The notes under the pieces: generated by a model
Told to the model about the DNA's origin: nothing
What the model saw: the letters and a program-made list of their open reading frames with translations, nothing else
Databases searched by the model: none
Virus record (IMG/VR): IMGVR_UViG_2932675082_000001
Span: 1 to 64,000 of that record
Origin: a virus
Lineage: Duplodnaviria; Caudoviricetes
Reading direction: 5' to 3' (one strand)
DNA: 64,000 nucleotides
Part shown: piece after piece, positions 27,364 to 36,261 of the stretch
Position numbering within the stretch: position 1 is the stretch's first letter
Layout: each line of letters starts with the position of its first letter
Program-made: the position numbers and the translations under genes

Positions 27364-27589
27364 GCTGGTCCTCCCGGGGCGGCGGGGTGATCAGCCCAGT
27401 GTGACACCTATCGGGAATCTGGTGCCCCGGCCCCAGCGCGACGCTCCGCTTGTCGAGTACGTCTCATCGTTGCGCAGTTCGGGGCCACATCCGCTGGCAT
27501 GGCTGTCGGGTTGGGGTCGCCGGCGAGAACGCGGATGCCGGTTCGCAAGCCCATTACAAGCTCGCGTACCAACGAGAACAGGGCGGAGA

Positions 27590-27814
27590 TCACCGCGGGG
27601 CCTGGTAGTCGCCGAGCCGTACCCGGACCAACAGACCGTTTAGGCAGAGGTGCTGAAGGTCGGCTCGGACGAACTTCTCGGCCGGGCGGGGTTGATAGAG
27701 CTGCCAGGCGCGTTGCCGGTTCCAGGTGCCTCCAGCGCGGTGGATCGCGGCGAGGAGCTGCTGGCGGCGTTCGCTGGCCGCGCTGGCGGGATTGATGGCG
27801 GTGTTGTCGTCCAC
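27590..27814 (-). CDS. small hypothetical protein, possibly winged helix
   Basis: 74-aa ORF. Confidence 0.45.
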   Translation of the reverse strand: MDDNTAINPASAASERRQQLLAAIHRAGGTWNRQRAWQLYQPRPAEKFVRADLQHLCLNGLLVRVRLGDYQAPR

Positions 27815-27871
27815 GGGGCGATTCTCTCGCGGGACCGCCCGCCCCGGGTAGCACCGGAGCGGGCGTCACGG

Positions 27872-29557
27872 CTACTTCGCCCAGGGCCAGTCCGCGTTCC
27901 GGTCGGCGTCCAGAAGCGGGATCAGGGCGAACGCCGAGTCCGTGAGCCCGCCCAGGGTGTGCCGGTTTCCCGACCCGGACCGCATGGCACCGGCCTTGTA
28001 CCCGGCCATGTTCCACATGTATACGGGAACGTGCTGCGGGATCAGGTCGTCGATCGCGGTCTCCCGGGCGCCGCCGTAGCTGTGCATGTTCGACGGCAGG
28101 TAGCCAGGCCGGGTCTGCTCGTCGGTGACGATCAGCACGCGGTCGTGGCCGCGGTAGTGCTTGGCGACCGCGGAGGGAATGTCCGTGCCGCCGTCCTGTC
28201 CGAACGCCTCCATGAGCCGCAGCACGCTGCCGCCACGCGGGACCGGGATCTGGCGGCTGGATCCGCCGAACTCGACCAGCGTCGGGTCGGCGGCGCGCAG
28301 TGCGAGCGCCGAGCCGAACAGCGCGGCCTGCTCGGCGAGCGGGATGTCTGAGGTGTTGGCCGTCGAGTAGTGGTAGCCGGGGAACATCGACGGCGACCGG
28401 TCGACGAGGATCAGCGTCCGACCGGGCAGGGCAGGCACGTTGGCGAGCGACGCTGTCAGCGCCTTCTCCAGGGCGTGACCCCAGCGCAGCGACGTGACGT
28501 GCTTGTGCGCGGCCCAGAACCGGAACGGGAACTGGCGGGAGCGGGCGACCTCTGCCGGGTCGGCGAGGCGGGCCGCGACCTGCTCGGCAACGGCGTCGGA
28601 GACGCCGGCCTGGTCGAAGTTCCGAAGGTTCCGCAGCAGCGCCATGTACCCCATGGACGGGATGACGGCTTCCCACTCGGTGGCTTCGAGCGGTCCCTGC
28701 AGCCAGCCTGCGAGGGACTCCCACGTCATTCCGGCGTCCTTCAGCGCCAGCTGCGCCCCGGTGGTCTTCAGGTAGGCGCGGCGCTCGCCGGCGGGGATGG
28801 TGTCGAGGAACGCGCGTGCGTGCAGGACGCCGAGACCCTCGGGGATCGGGTTGTCGCGGTTGTGCCGACGGTCGAGGGCGTGCTTGAACAGGTCGCCCTG
28901 CCAGGCGGCCTTGGGGCTGGGGTGGGTGAGTTCGAGGACGTCACCGAACCGGAAACCCTTCGACGGGCTGTCGTACTTGAGGAGCGCCCGCTCGGTGTAC
29001 AGCTGCCCGATGGCGTCCTCGATGCCGCGCTTGACCGGCTTCGGCACGTTGCGGCCGAACTGGCTGGTCCAGTAGGCGAGGAGTTCACCGGGCTCGTCGG
29101 CGCGCTGGAGGACGGACGCGATGACGGCCCGATTGGTGGAGGTGCTGTAGGACAGCGCGTCGCCTTCCCACCGGCCGGCGTGGTCGTGGGTCTCGTGCTG
29201 GCGCGGGGTGCGGCTGCCGGCTGAGGCGAGGCGAGCGTGGACGTACTCGGCGGCGCCGACGAGGGACGCGGTGCGCAGGTTGCCTTCGGTGCGCAGCCAG
29301 CGCAGGAGGCTGGCGGCCCAGTCGGGGTCTTCGACGGCGAGCTTGCGGACGAGCTGCCGGTAGCGGTCGTCGCGGTCGCCGGCCTTCTCGTAGAAGGTGT
29401 CGGTGCCGACGCTATTGGCGACGGCGAGGAGGAAAAGTTCGCTGCGGTCGTCGCGGAGGTGGCCGGTGGCGCCTTCGGCGGTGCGGGTGGTCGCGCCGGT
29501 GGTGGTCACGGGCGACGTGGAGGCGGGCCGGGTGCTGCGGGTGTTGAAGCGGGACAA
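27872..29557 (-). CDS. rsr: TROVE/vWA domain protein (Ro60/Rsr orthologue)
   Basis: DTFYE, LRTEGNLR, RADEPGELLAYW, YMALLRNLRN, SRQFPFRF; vWA MIDAS LVDRSPSM...GGTD...IVTDEQ; probable TTG start (LSRFNT). Confidence 0.93.
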   Translation of the reverse strand: MSRFNTRSTRPASTSPVTTTGATTRTAEGATGHLRDDRSELFLLAVANSVGTDTFYEKAGDRDDRYRQLVRKLAVEDPDWAASLLRWLRTEGNLRTASLVGAAEYVHARLASAGSRTPRQHETHDHAGRWEGDALSYSTSTNRAVIASVLQRADEPGELLAYWTSQFGRNVPKPVKRGIEDAIGQLYTERALLKYDSPSKGFRFGDVLELTHPSPKAAWQGDLFKHALDRRHNRDNPIPEGLGVLHARAFLDTIPAGERRAYLKTTGAQLALKDAGMTWESLAGWLQGPLEATEWEAVIPSMGYMALLRNLRNFDQAGVSDAVAEQVAARLADPAEVARSRQFPFRFWAAHKHVTSLRWGHALEKALTASLANVPALPGRTLILVDRSPSMFPGYHYSTANTSDIPLAEQAALFGSALALRAADPTLVEFGGSSRQIPVPRGGSVLRLMEAFGQDGGTDIPSAVAKHYRGHDRVLIVTDEQTRPGYLPSNMHSYGGARETAIDDLIPQHVPVYMWNMAGYKAGAMRSGSGNRHTLGGLTDSAFALIPLLDADRNADWPWAK

Positions 29558-29588
29558 AAGAAAGCCCCTCACTGTGGAGGGGAGGCTT

Positions 29589-29747
29589 CAGCATCGGGGT
29601 GCCCGAGATCGAGGGCGGATACGGCGACAAGGCGTCCTGGGCCGCTAGACGACACCAGCCGCATGGCTGGCGGCGGGATTCGAACCCGCGTCTCCCTCTT
29701 GACAGGAGAAGTAGCCGTGTCCTGCGCACCGGGCATCCCGGATGCTG
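29589..29747 (-). ncRNA. Y RNA, YrlA-like, with permuted tRNA-like domain (Glu-like D arm)
   Basis: minus strand: GGGAUGCCC-GGUGCGCA...GGCUACUUC...GCGGGUUCGAAUCCCGC (T arm), CCAGCC-AUGC-GGCUGG (closed acceptor-like stem), GUCGUCUAGCGGCCCAGGACG (D arm)...GAUCUC-GGGCACCCC. Confidence 0.8.
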
Positions 29748-29823
29748 TGCCTCCCGAGATCAATGCGGACGGCGGCGTGATTCACCAAAGAAGTAGCCGC
29801 ATTCCAGCGCACCGGGAGGTGCA
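29746..29823 (-). ncRNA. short Y RNA lacking a tRNA-like domain
   Basis: terminal stem UGCACCUCCCG/CGGGAGGCACA with the same GGUGCGC, GGCUACUUC and GAUCUC motifs. Confidence 0.7.
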
Positions 29824-29834
29824 TGAAGTTGTGT

Positions 29835-29967
29835 GCCCAGAGATCGAGTTCGGCTGAGGGAACGTAGGCGCTCTGCCAACTGAGCTACACCGACGAGTCG
29901 GTGACGGGACTCGAACCCGCGACAACCCCATTACCAATGGAAGTAGCCTCGGCCTGCGCACCTGGGC
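29835..29967 (-). ncRNA. Y RNA, YrlA-like, with permuted tRNA-like domain
   Basis: GCCCAGGUGCGCA...GGCUACUUC...GCGGGUUCGAGUCCCGU (T arm), CACCGAC-UC-GUCGGUG, UAGCUCAGUUGGCAGAGCG (D arm)...GAUCUCUGGGC. Confidence 0.8.
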
Positions 29968-30193
29968 GATGACCAATGTACTCCGAACGAGGGATTTCGC
30001 ATCCCAGTTGGTGGCGTGTCGGTTGGTTAGCGGTTGGGTTCGGTCGGCGGTTCGGGTGCGGGGGTGGGTTGGGGCTGCTGTCCGTTGCCACTTGGCGTAG
30101 GCCATGATGGGCGTCTCCCTGCTCTGTGATGGGTGGTGGAGGGCCCGGGGCGGTCGGCTTGCTGGCAGGCGTGGTGACCGCCCCGGGGCGTGG

Positions 30194-30385
30194 TCAGTGG
30201 GCCGTGCGGACCCGGGAGCCCTCGATGGTGGCGCCGGGGTACTGGGCCTGGGCGGCGGCCTCGACGCCGGACAGGAGCTGGTCGCCGCTGACGCCGGCGG
30301 GGCCCACGCCGTCGGCCTGCACGGTGACCTGCTCGCCGGACGTCGTACGGATGTCGACCTGGGCCTCGTAGCGCTGGGTGGTCAT
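30194..30385 (-). CDS. small hypothetical protein
   Basis: AAGGAG RBS; 63 aa. Confidence 0.65.
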   Translation of the reverse strand: MTTQRYEAQVDIRTTSGEQVTVQADGVGPAGVSGDQLLSGVEAAAQAQYPGATIEGSRVRTAH

Positions 30386-30457
30386 CTGTCTTCTCCTTTG
30401 ATCATTCGATGGCGGAACGACGTGGGCCGGCCCGTATACGGCCGTCCCGGGGCGAGG

Positions 30458-30700
30458 TCAGTCCTTGGCGGTGTAGCTGCGCGGCCCGAAGGCGGACCAC
30501 GGCCCGGGAGCCCAGGACCGGGTGGCCCCGGTCAGCTCGTCCGCCCAGAGCCGGGCGGTGAGGGCGTCGGTGTCCGGGTCGGGGTCGAAAGGCCCGTCGT
30601 GGTAGCCGATCTGGCTGCCGTCGGTGGAGAGGAGCCAGCCCCAGCGCCGTTCCGGGCCGACGCTGCCTGAGGTGAGGGAGTGGGTCGGCCGGTCAGGCCT
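30458..30700 (-). CDS. paralog of the adjacent upstream gene, with no canonical start codon
   Basis: open frame THSLTSGSVGPERRWGWLLSTDG...ARLWADELTG...SW. Confidence 0.45.
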   Translation of the reverse strand, partial: RPDRPTHSLTSGSVGPERRWGWLLSTDGSQIGYHDGPFDPDPDTDALTARLWADELTGATRSWAPGPWSAFGPRSYTAKD

Positions 30701-30929
30701 CCGTCGTGTAGTGGTGGCCGTAGGCGCCGTCGTGGCCGGGGTCCTCGACGCGGGTCCAGGTAACGGCCCGGCCGAGCAGCTGCGCGGCCCAGGCCTGGGC
30801 GGCCCGGATGTCGTCGGCCTGGGGCGCGTGGAAGGTGGGGTGGACCTCGGAGATGGTGCGGTCGTCGGAGGTGAGCTCCCAGCCGTAGCTGTCGACGTCG
30901 TAGTAGCCGGGGGTGAGGGTGTACTGCAT
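30693..30929 (-). CDS. hypothetical protein
   Basis: GAGGA RBS; MQYTLTPGYY. Confidence 0.65.
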   Translation of the reverse strand: MQYTLTPGYYDVDSYGWELTSDDRTISEVHPTFHAPQADDIRAAQAWAAQLLGRAVTWTRVEDPGHDGAYGHHYTTEA

Positions 30930-31077
30930 GGTGGTCCTCTCGATCAGTTGGCTCATCAGGGCAGGGGTCAGGCCGGCTGGTGGGTGGACAGGCGGGCTTC
31001 GGCTGCTGCGAGCTGCTCGGCGATGGTCATCGCTGCGGTCCTCTCTGCATGGTGGTCGGCGGTACGGATGGAGCGGC

Positions 31078-31353
31078 TCATCGGCTGTCGTCGACGGGCA
31101 GCGCGCGGCACACCTCGGCGTGCTCCTGCGCGGACTTGCGGGCGGCCGGGAGCGTCTCGGCGATGCGCTGGGCGGTCTGCTCGTCGGTGTCGTCGTAGTA
31201 GCTGTTGGTCCAGTGCGGCTCATCCCAGTCGCATCCCCGGCAGACGACGGTGAGGCGGCCCCGCTTGAGGGCCTCGTCGATGATGTCGACGGTGAGCTCG
31301 GCGTCCGAGGCGCCGGAGCCGGCGACGGTCAGGTAGCGGGCGATGACGGTCAT
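31078..31353 (-). CDS. hypothetical protein (CxxC...HxxxC)
   Basis: VIARYLTVAG...CRGC...AQEHAEVCRALP. Confidence 0.65.
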   Translation of the reverse strand: MTVIARYLTVAGSGASDAELTVDIIDEALKRGRLTVVCRGCDWDEPHWTNSYYDDTDEQTAQRIAETLPAARKSAQEHAEVCRALPVDDSR

Positions 31354-32324
31354 GATGCGTTCTCCCAGTCGACGATGGAGTGGTTGGGGCTGTCGGGGTC
31401 GTCCTTGGTCCAGAACCCCTTCTGGATGGCGGCTGCCGACCGTTGTTGCTGTTGTTGTTGCTGGTCAGGCCCGGCAACAACGCCCGCGAGGGGCCGACGG
31501 TCGGGGTCGGGGAGTGGGGGCACATCCCGGAGGTAGATGCCCTTGGAGGGGCCGCGGCCGGGTACTCGGCAGTCGGTGATGGGGATGTTGAGGGTGGTGA
31601 GGAGGGCCCGGATGGGGGCGGTGTCGGCGCCCTCTTCGCCGGTCCATGCGGCGGCGATCTGGACGAGGTGGATGCGGTCGTTCTTGCCGGGCTGGGTGCC
31701 GGGCATCAGCTTGTGCAGGAGGGTGACGAACTGGGCCTGCTCGTCGGCCTCGTCGGGCTTCTTGGTCGCTTGGGTCGCTGCCGGGTGACCGTCCTGTGCC
31801 GAGGCGGTCCCCTTGGCCGGCTCGCTGCGCGGATCGGTGTTGCCGAGGACGAGGGCGGCGAGGACCCAGAGTGTCAGCCCTCCGGCGAGGATGGCCGCGT
31901 GGTGGCCGTGGAGCATCGGCCACACGATGACGGCCGCGACCACTGCGGTTCCGGCGGCTACCAGGAGGGGGCTGGTGGGCCGCTCCCCCTTGAGCTCGTC
32001 CAGGGCCTTGGCCCGCTGCTCGGGGTCCTTGATCTCACCGGCTTTGGCACGGCGGTCCCTCCAGACCGTCAGGGCCTCGGCGTGGCTCGCCTTGGCCTCC
32101 TTGTGGCGGGCCTTGAGCGGGGCCAGCATGCGCCGGTTGCCCCGGCCGAGGGCGGCCAGCGAGATGCCGGCCAGGTAGGGGTGGGTGGGCCGCTCCCCCA
32201 TGAGTGCTTCGAGCGCGGCGGCACGTTCCTTGGGGTCCTTGATCTCGCGGGCCTCGGCCCGACGCTCCCGCCACGCGGCCATCGCCTCGGCGTGCTGGGC
32301 GGTGGCGTCATCGAGGTAGCGCAT
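31350..32324 (-). CDS. membrane protein with an internal duplication (spread-like cluster)
   Basis: two HAEA..WR.RRA.A.EIKDP..RA.AL..L.GERPT.P repeats; two TM segments. Confidence 0.7.
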   Translation of the reverse strand: MRYLDDATAQHAEAMAAWRERRAEAREIKDPKERAAALEALMGERPTHPYLAGISLAALGRGNRRMLAPLKARHKEAKASHAEALTVWRDRRAKAGEIKDPEQRAKALDELKGERPTSPLLVAAGTAVVAAVIVWPMLHGHHAAILAGGLTLWVLAALVLGNTDPRSEPAKGTASAQDGHPAATQATKKPDEADEQAQFVTLLHKLMPGTQPGKNDRIHLVQIAAAWTGEEGADTAPIRALLTTLNIPITDCRVPGRGPSKGIYLRDVPPLPDPDRRPLAGVVAGPDQQQQQQQRSAAAIQKGFWTKDDPDSPNHSIVDWENAS

Positions 32325-32731
32325 CAGCTCGCCACCGAGTGCAGCAGGGAGGTGAGCAAGCCGACGGGGATTGCCCATAGGCCGGTGGCGGCGCTGAGGA
32401 TGCCGGGCGCGGCGATCCCGCAGAGCAAGTCCTTGGGGAAGTTGGGCTTGAACCCGAAGGCGATCAGGATGACGGCGAGAGCCACGGCTGCGGGCCCGAT
32501 CGTGCCGAAGGTTTCGGACTGCTTGGTGAGCGCGTTGGAGAACTCGGTGCTGATCAGGCCGATCTTCTGGAGGGACTGGCCCGCGCTGGCTGAGGCGATG
32601 CCGATGACCGCGCCCCAGTAGAAGACGTGGTGTCCCTTGACGGGCTGGAACTTGCCGCCGCCGCGCTTGTGGGCGATGAGGGCGAGGGTGACGACGAGGA
32701 GGATGCCGCCGGCTCCGAAGGTGCCGAGCAT
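32324..32731 (-). CDS. multi-TM small membrane protein
   Basis: hydrophobic Gly/Ala-rich 135 aa. Confidence 0.7.
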   Translation of the reverse strand: MLGTFGAGGILLVVTLALIAHKRGGGKFQPVKGHHVFYWGAVIGIASASAGQSLQKIGLISTEFSNALTKQSETFGTIGPAAVALAVILIAFGFKPNFPKDLLCGIAAPGILSAATGLWAIPVGLLTSLLHSVAS

Positions 32732-32748
32732 GGTGATGAACTCCCGGG

Positions 32749-33507
32749 TCAGTGGTGGGTGGTGAGGGCGAAGAGGGGCGTGAGGCCGAGGACGGCGATC
32801 AGGGCGGAGGCCAGGGGGATGCGGACGAGGCACAGGTAGAGCACGGCGGGGCCGCGGACCTGGGTGACTCGGACGTGGCCGCCGCCGCGCATCTTGTGGT
32901 CGAGCAGCCAGGCGAGGACGACGGCGCCGACACCGACGGGCAGGGGCACGTGGGTGAGGGCTTGGGGCAGGTGCAGGAGGTAGCCGGCGGCTGCGGAGGT
33001 GGCGGTGATGATGCACCAGCGGCGGAACCGCTTGCGACGTTCGGCGTCTTCCTGACGCCAGAGGACGGAGGCCTTCTGGCGGCGGGCGATGGCTTCGCGG
33101 CGGTGGCGAGCCCGTCGCTGCTCCTCGGTCTCCCCCTTGGCCTCGTAGTGGGCCTCGCGTTCGGCGCGTTGGCGTTCGGCGCGTTCCTCGGGGGTTTCGG
33201 TGAGGATGGTGCCGACTTGGTCGCCGAGGCGCTTGGCCAGGTTGTCGGCGAACTCGGAGATCCAGATGCGGGTGGCGGCGTCGGGCTCCCCTGTGGCCTC
33301 GGCGTCTACGTCGGGTTCGGCCTGGTCCTCGTCGGTGACCGTGCCGTCCTGGTCATCGACGGCGGCCTTCGTGAGGTCGACCGGCTTCGGCTGGGGCTTG
33401 CTGGCGCTCGGGCTCCAGGGCCCGTTCTTGCGCCACCACTCTGGTTCGGGCTGGGCGTCGGGCATGCTGGCGGTGGGCGGGGAGGTCGGAGGCGGGGGGA
33501 TGTTCAC
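32749..33507 (-). CDS. membrane protein with C-terminal TM segments
   Basis: charged N-terminus, three hydrophobic C-terminal segments. Confidence 0.65.
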   Translation of the reverse strand: MNIPPPPTSPPTASMPDAQPEPEWWRKNGPWSPSASKPQPKPVDLTKAAVDDQDGTVTDEDQAEPDVDAEATGEPDAATRIWISEFADNLAKRLGDQVGTILTETPEERAERQRAEREAHYEAKGETEEQRRARHRREAIARRQKASVLWRQEDAERRKRFRRWCIITATSAAAGYLLHLPQALTHVPLPVGVGAVVLAWLLDHKMRGGGHVRVTQVRGPAVLYLCLVRIPLASALIAVLGLTPLFALTTHH

Positions 33508-33605
33508 CGGTTCCACCCCTCGTTGCGGGCCAGCTGGCGGATGAAGTACCAGGTCAGTCCCGCGTCCACCAGGAGCAGGCCCAACCAGATCAGTTCCCAG
33601 ATCAT
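33504..33605 (-). CDS. 33-aa single-TM peptide
   Basis: GGAGA RBS; MIWELIWLGLLLVDAGLTWYFIRQ. Confidence 0.45.
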   Translation of the reverse strand: MIWELIWLGLLLVDAGLTWYFIRQLARNEGWNR

Positions 33606-33632
33606 GTGTTTCTCCAGTTCGGGCAGGGCGGG

Positions 33633-33797
33633 TCAGGAGGAGCGCCACCAGGAACGCGGGGGCGGGTCGGCTTCGATGGCGGTCCGTCGGCGGGACTTGG
33701 CGTCCATGGCGGCGTTCCCTTTGCGGTCGGCGTCGCGGACGGCGGCGGCCCGGCGCTGTTGGCGGGAGGTGGCGAGATTGGGGGTGCGGCCGAACAT
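33633..33797 (-). CDS. small basic hypothetical protein
   Basis: TGATG-coupled; MFGRTPNLATSR. Confidence 0.45.
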   Translation of the reverse strand: MFGRTPNLATSRQQRRAAAVRDADRKGNAAMDAKSRRRTAIEADPPPRSWWRSS

Positions 33798-34900
33798 CAC
33801 GCGTACCCGCCGTTTCCGTTGCGCCGCTCATACTCGGCGCGCTGCTGCTCGGTCTGCGCGGCGGCTTCTTGGGCTGCCTGGGCGGCCTTGCGCTTGGTGA
33901 GGGAGATACGGCCGCGGATGTAGGCGGTGTCGGCGGCGACGTCCTGCTTGGCAAGGGCGATGGCGATGGCTTCGGCGGGGGTGTCGAGGCCGCCGAGGTG
34001 CTCGGCCATGGTGATGATGGCGTCGGCCTTGGTCATGCCCTTGACCTGCGGCGCATTCGCCGTGCATTCGCTGCGCATCTGAGCGTTGAGGGCGGGCGCG
34101 GGGGCGATCGGGGGCCGGGGTACGCGGTCGAGGGTGACCCTCGGTACGGCGGCGCGTTCCAGTAGCAGGGCGACCTGGGCGGGCGTAACGGTGACCCGGT
34201 AGTTGGCGAGGATCTCGGCGACTTCGGTGTCGGTGGCGCCCGTGTTGAGGGCGGCGACGCGCTGGATGGCGGCGGCGGGGCCGATCTCGGCGAACTCCGC
34301 GGCGATGTCGTCCTCGACGGTGCGGGCGGATGCGGGCGGATGCGGCACGGATGCGCCGCTGGTCACGTGGGTGACGGCGCGCTTCTGGAGCGATTCGGCG
34401 GCCTGCTGCGGGGCGAGGAGCCAGCCCCACAGTCCGTACGCGGGGAGGCGCATCGGAGTCTCGCCGCGGGCTGCGCGGGCCTCGGCGCGGATGGCGGACC
34501 AGGACAGGGCCGAGAGGATCAGCAGTCCGACGGCGGGGGTGGAGAACATGATCTCGGCGGGGTGTCCGCCGTGGATGAGGTGTGCATGCTGGACGTTGAG
34601 GGTGACGCTCACGCCGGCCATGCCGAGAGTCGCGAGGATGGCGATGGCGGCGGAGCGTCCGGCCTTGACGGCCTCGGTGGCCTGGTAGAGGCAGCCGAGG
34701 CCGACGCCGTCGAACACGGCGACGGCGAACAGGGCAAGGAACCAGGGGACGCCGTATTGGCGGGCGACGACGTAGAGGGACCAGCCGGCCATGCCCGCGG
34801 CGGCCGGGCGGACGATGAGCATGGCGATGTGCCAGGCGATACGTGCGGGCTGGACGGCGAAGGGCCAGTTGAACCGGCTGGTGTCCTGCGTGGTGGTCAT
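33797..34900 (-). CDS. SpdB/DUF2637-like membrane protein
   Basis: four N-terminal TM segments (WSLYVVARQYGVP...VAVFDG...LNVQHA) followed by a helical C-terminus. Confidence 0.6.
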   Translation of the reverse strand: MTTTQDTSRFNWPFAVQPARIAWHIAMLIVRPAAAGMAGWSLYVVARQYGVPWFLALFAVAVFDGVGLGCLYQATEAVKAGRSAAIAILATLGMAGVSVTLNVQHAHLIHGGHPAEIMFSTPAVGLLILSALSWSAIRAEARAARGETPMRLPAYGLWGWLLAPQQAAESLQKRAVTHVTSGASVPHPPASARTVEDDIAAEFAEIGPAAAIQRVAALNTGATDTEVAEILANYRVTVTPAQVALLLERAAVPRVTLDRVPRPPIAPAPALNAQMRSECTANAPQVKGMTKADAIITMAEHLGGLDTPAEAIAIALAKQDVAADTAYIRGRISLTKRKAAQAAQEAAAQTEQQRAEYERRNGNGGYA

Positions 34901-34980
34901 GGTGGTGCGCTCCGGGGATTCGGGCGTGGCGGGGTGGCCGGGCCTGCTGTTGCGGCGGGCCCGGCCGGTCCGGGAGGGGG

Positions 34981-35139
34981 TTAGGCGGCGTACGCGAGGT
35001 GCCGGGTGAGGGCTTGGTCGTCGGCCTGCTGGGTGTCGTGGAGACAGTCGAGGCAGACGGGCTGGCCAGCGTGTTCGCGGATCTCGCGGCGGGCGACCGT
35101 GTCGAGGCAGGTGCTGCACTGCACCTGGTCGACGGCCAT
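34981..35139 (-). CDS. small Zn-finger protein
   Basis: CSTC...CLDC. Confidence 0.5.
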   Translation of the reverse strand: MAVDQVQCSTCLDTVARREIREHAGQPVCLDCLHDTQQADDQALTRHLAYAA

Positions 35140-35318
35140 CACACGTCCTCGCCGAAGGCGCGCCACGCGGCGGGGCGCGTGGTGGGGTCAGCCCAGTCGA
35201 GGCCGATGTTGGGGGCGCCGAGGAAGGTGGTGGGCGCGGAGGGCTCGGGTTTGCGCAGGTGCGCGGTTTCGGCCTTGAGTTCGGCGGCGAGCTGGGCGAG
35301 GTCGTCGGGCTCGGTCAC
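35139..35318 (-). CDS. small hypothetical protein
   Basis: GGAGG RBS, GTG start; TGATG-coupled to the next gene. Confidence 0.45.
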   Translation of the reverse strand: MTEPDDLAQLAAELKAETAHLRKPEPSAPTTFLGAPNIGLDWADPTTRPAAWRAFGEDV

Positions 35319-35583
35319 TGGGGGCCTCCGCTGGGCTGCGGGGCGCGGGTGGTGGCCGGCGCGGGGCGGTAGAGCGTGCTGCTCGGGCAGCTGGAGGTGT
35401 TGGTGTCCCGGACGGGGAGCGGCGGGGTGGTGTCGCTGGTGGGCGCGGTGACACTACGATCGGGCATGGTCCTGTCCTCGTGCTTTGCGGTGGAGGGTGG
35501 GACTGGCCCCGGCCATGTGGCGTCGCAAGCGCCGGCCGGGGCCTTTGTGTTGCTGCAAGCACTGTGAGTGCCGCATTGCCTCC

Positions 35584-35604
35584 ACTGTAGGGGTCCCCTA
35601 CAGT
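35584..35604. promoter_or_regulatory. palindromic operator
   Basis: ACTGTAGGGG-T-CCCCTACAGT in a divergent intergenic region. Confidence 0.6.
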
Positions 35605-35637
35605 CAAGGCAAGCGGCCGCTACGAGAAGGGGCCGAA

Positions 35638-35940
35638 ATGGGCGAAGAGGAGGTACGGCAGGTGACCGACGCCCTTGAAGCGGTCGAGAAAATCCCCGAC
35701 CTGGAGGAGCGAGTCCGCACCAAGAGCCAGATCATGGCCGACCAGGTGAAGCGCAACCGAGCATGGGCACAGGAGCGCAAGGAACTGATCGAGCGTCTAC
35801 ATGGCGAGGGCCACTCCTACCGGGCGATCGCCGACCGTCTGGGCATCAGGCTGAGCACCGTGCAGGACGTGTTCCGTGGCTACACCGGATCGGGTACTAC
35901 CCGGCCGAAGAAGTCGGCCGCCGACCCGTCTTCGGCCTGA
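35638..35940 (+). CDS. small HTH DNA-binding protein
   Basis: GHSYRAIADRLGIRLSTVQDV. Confidence 0.8.
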   Translation: MGEEEVRQVTDALEAVEKIPDLEERVRTKSQIMADQVKRNRAWAQERKELIERLHGEGHSYRAIADRLGIRLSTVQDVFRGYTGSGTTRPKKSAADPSSA

Positions 35941-36217
35941 CGCATCCTCGCGCATCACGGCCCCACCCAGCGTCCCGGGTGGGGTCGTTGTCATGCCGTT
36001 GACCTGCGGCGCATTCGGTGCGCATCAGTGCCGCATCCGTGGCAGACAGTATGGATGCCCGTGTGGGTCTCGACGCTGGGGGAGAGTCGGCCGGGGCCGG
36101 CATGCCGACCGAGCTGACGGATCTGGCCGCGGTCGACTATGGGTTCGTCACCGGCTGCTGGCTGTGGATGCAGGCGACTCAAAGGCGCTGTCATCCATCA
36201 CGTGCACTGAGAACACA

Positions 36218-36255
36218 GCTGCGCCCCACTCCGAGTCTTCCGAGTGGGGCGCAGC
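36218..36255 (-). terminator. terminator hairpin downstream of the TA pair
   Basis: GCTGCGCCCCACTC...GAGTGGGGCGCAGC. Confidence 0.65.
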
Positions 36256-36261
36256 GGCGTG

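Noticed and set aside
29620-29925. Canonical tRNA genes or a tRNA-derived attP/attB
   Set aside because: On the coding strand the T arm precedes the D arm, the acceptor stem is closed by a loop, and there is no anticodon loop or CCA. No integrase is adjacent. This fits YrlA-type Y RNAs instead.
31440-31465. CAG/CAA tract encoding poly-Gln as a contingency repeat
   Set aside because: Short, mixed codons, in frame; no evidence of switching.
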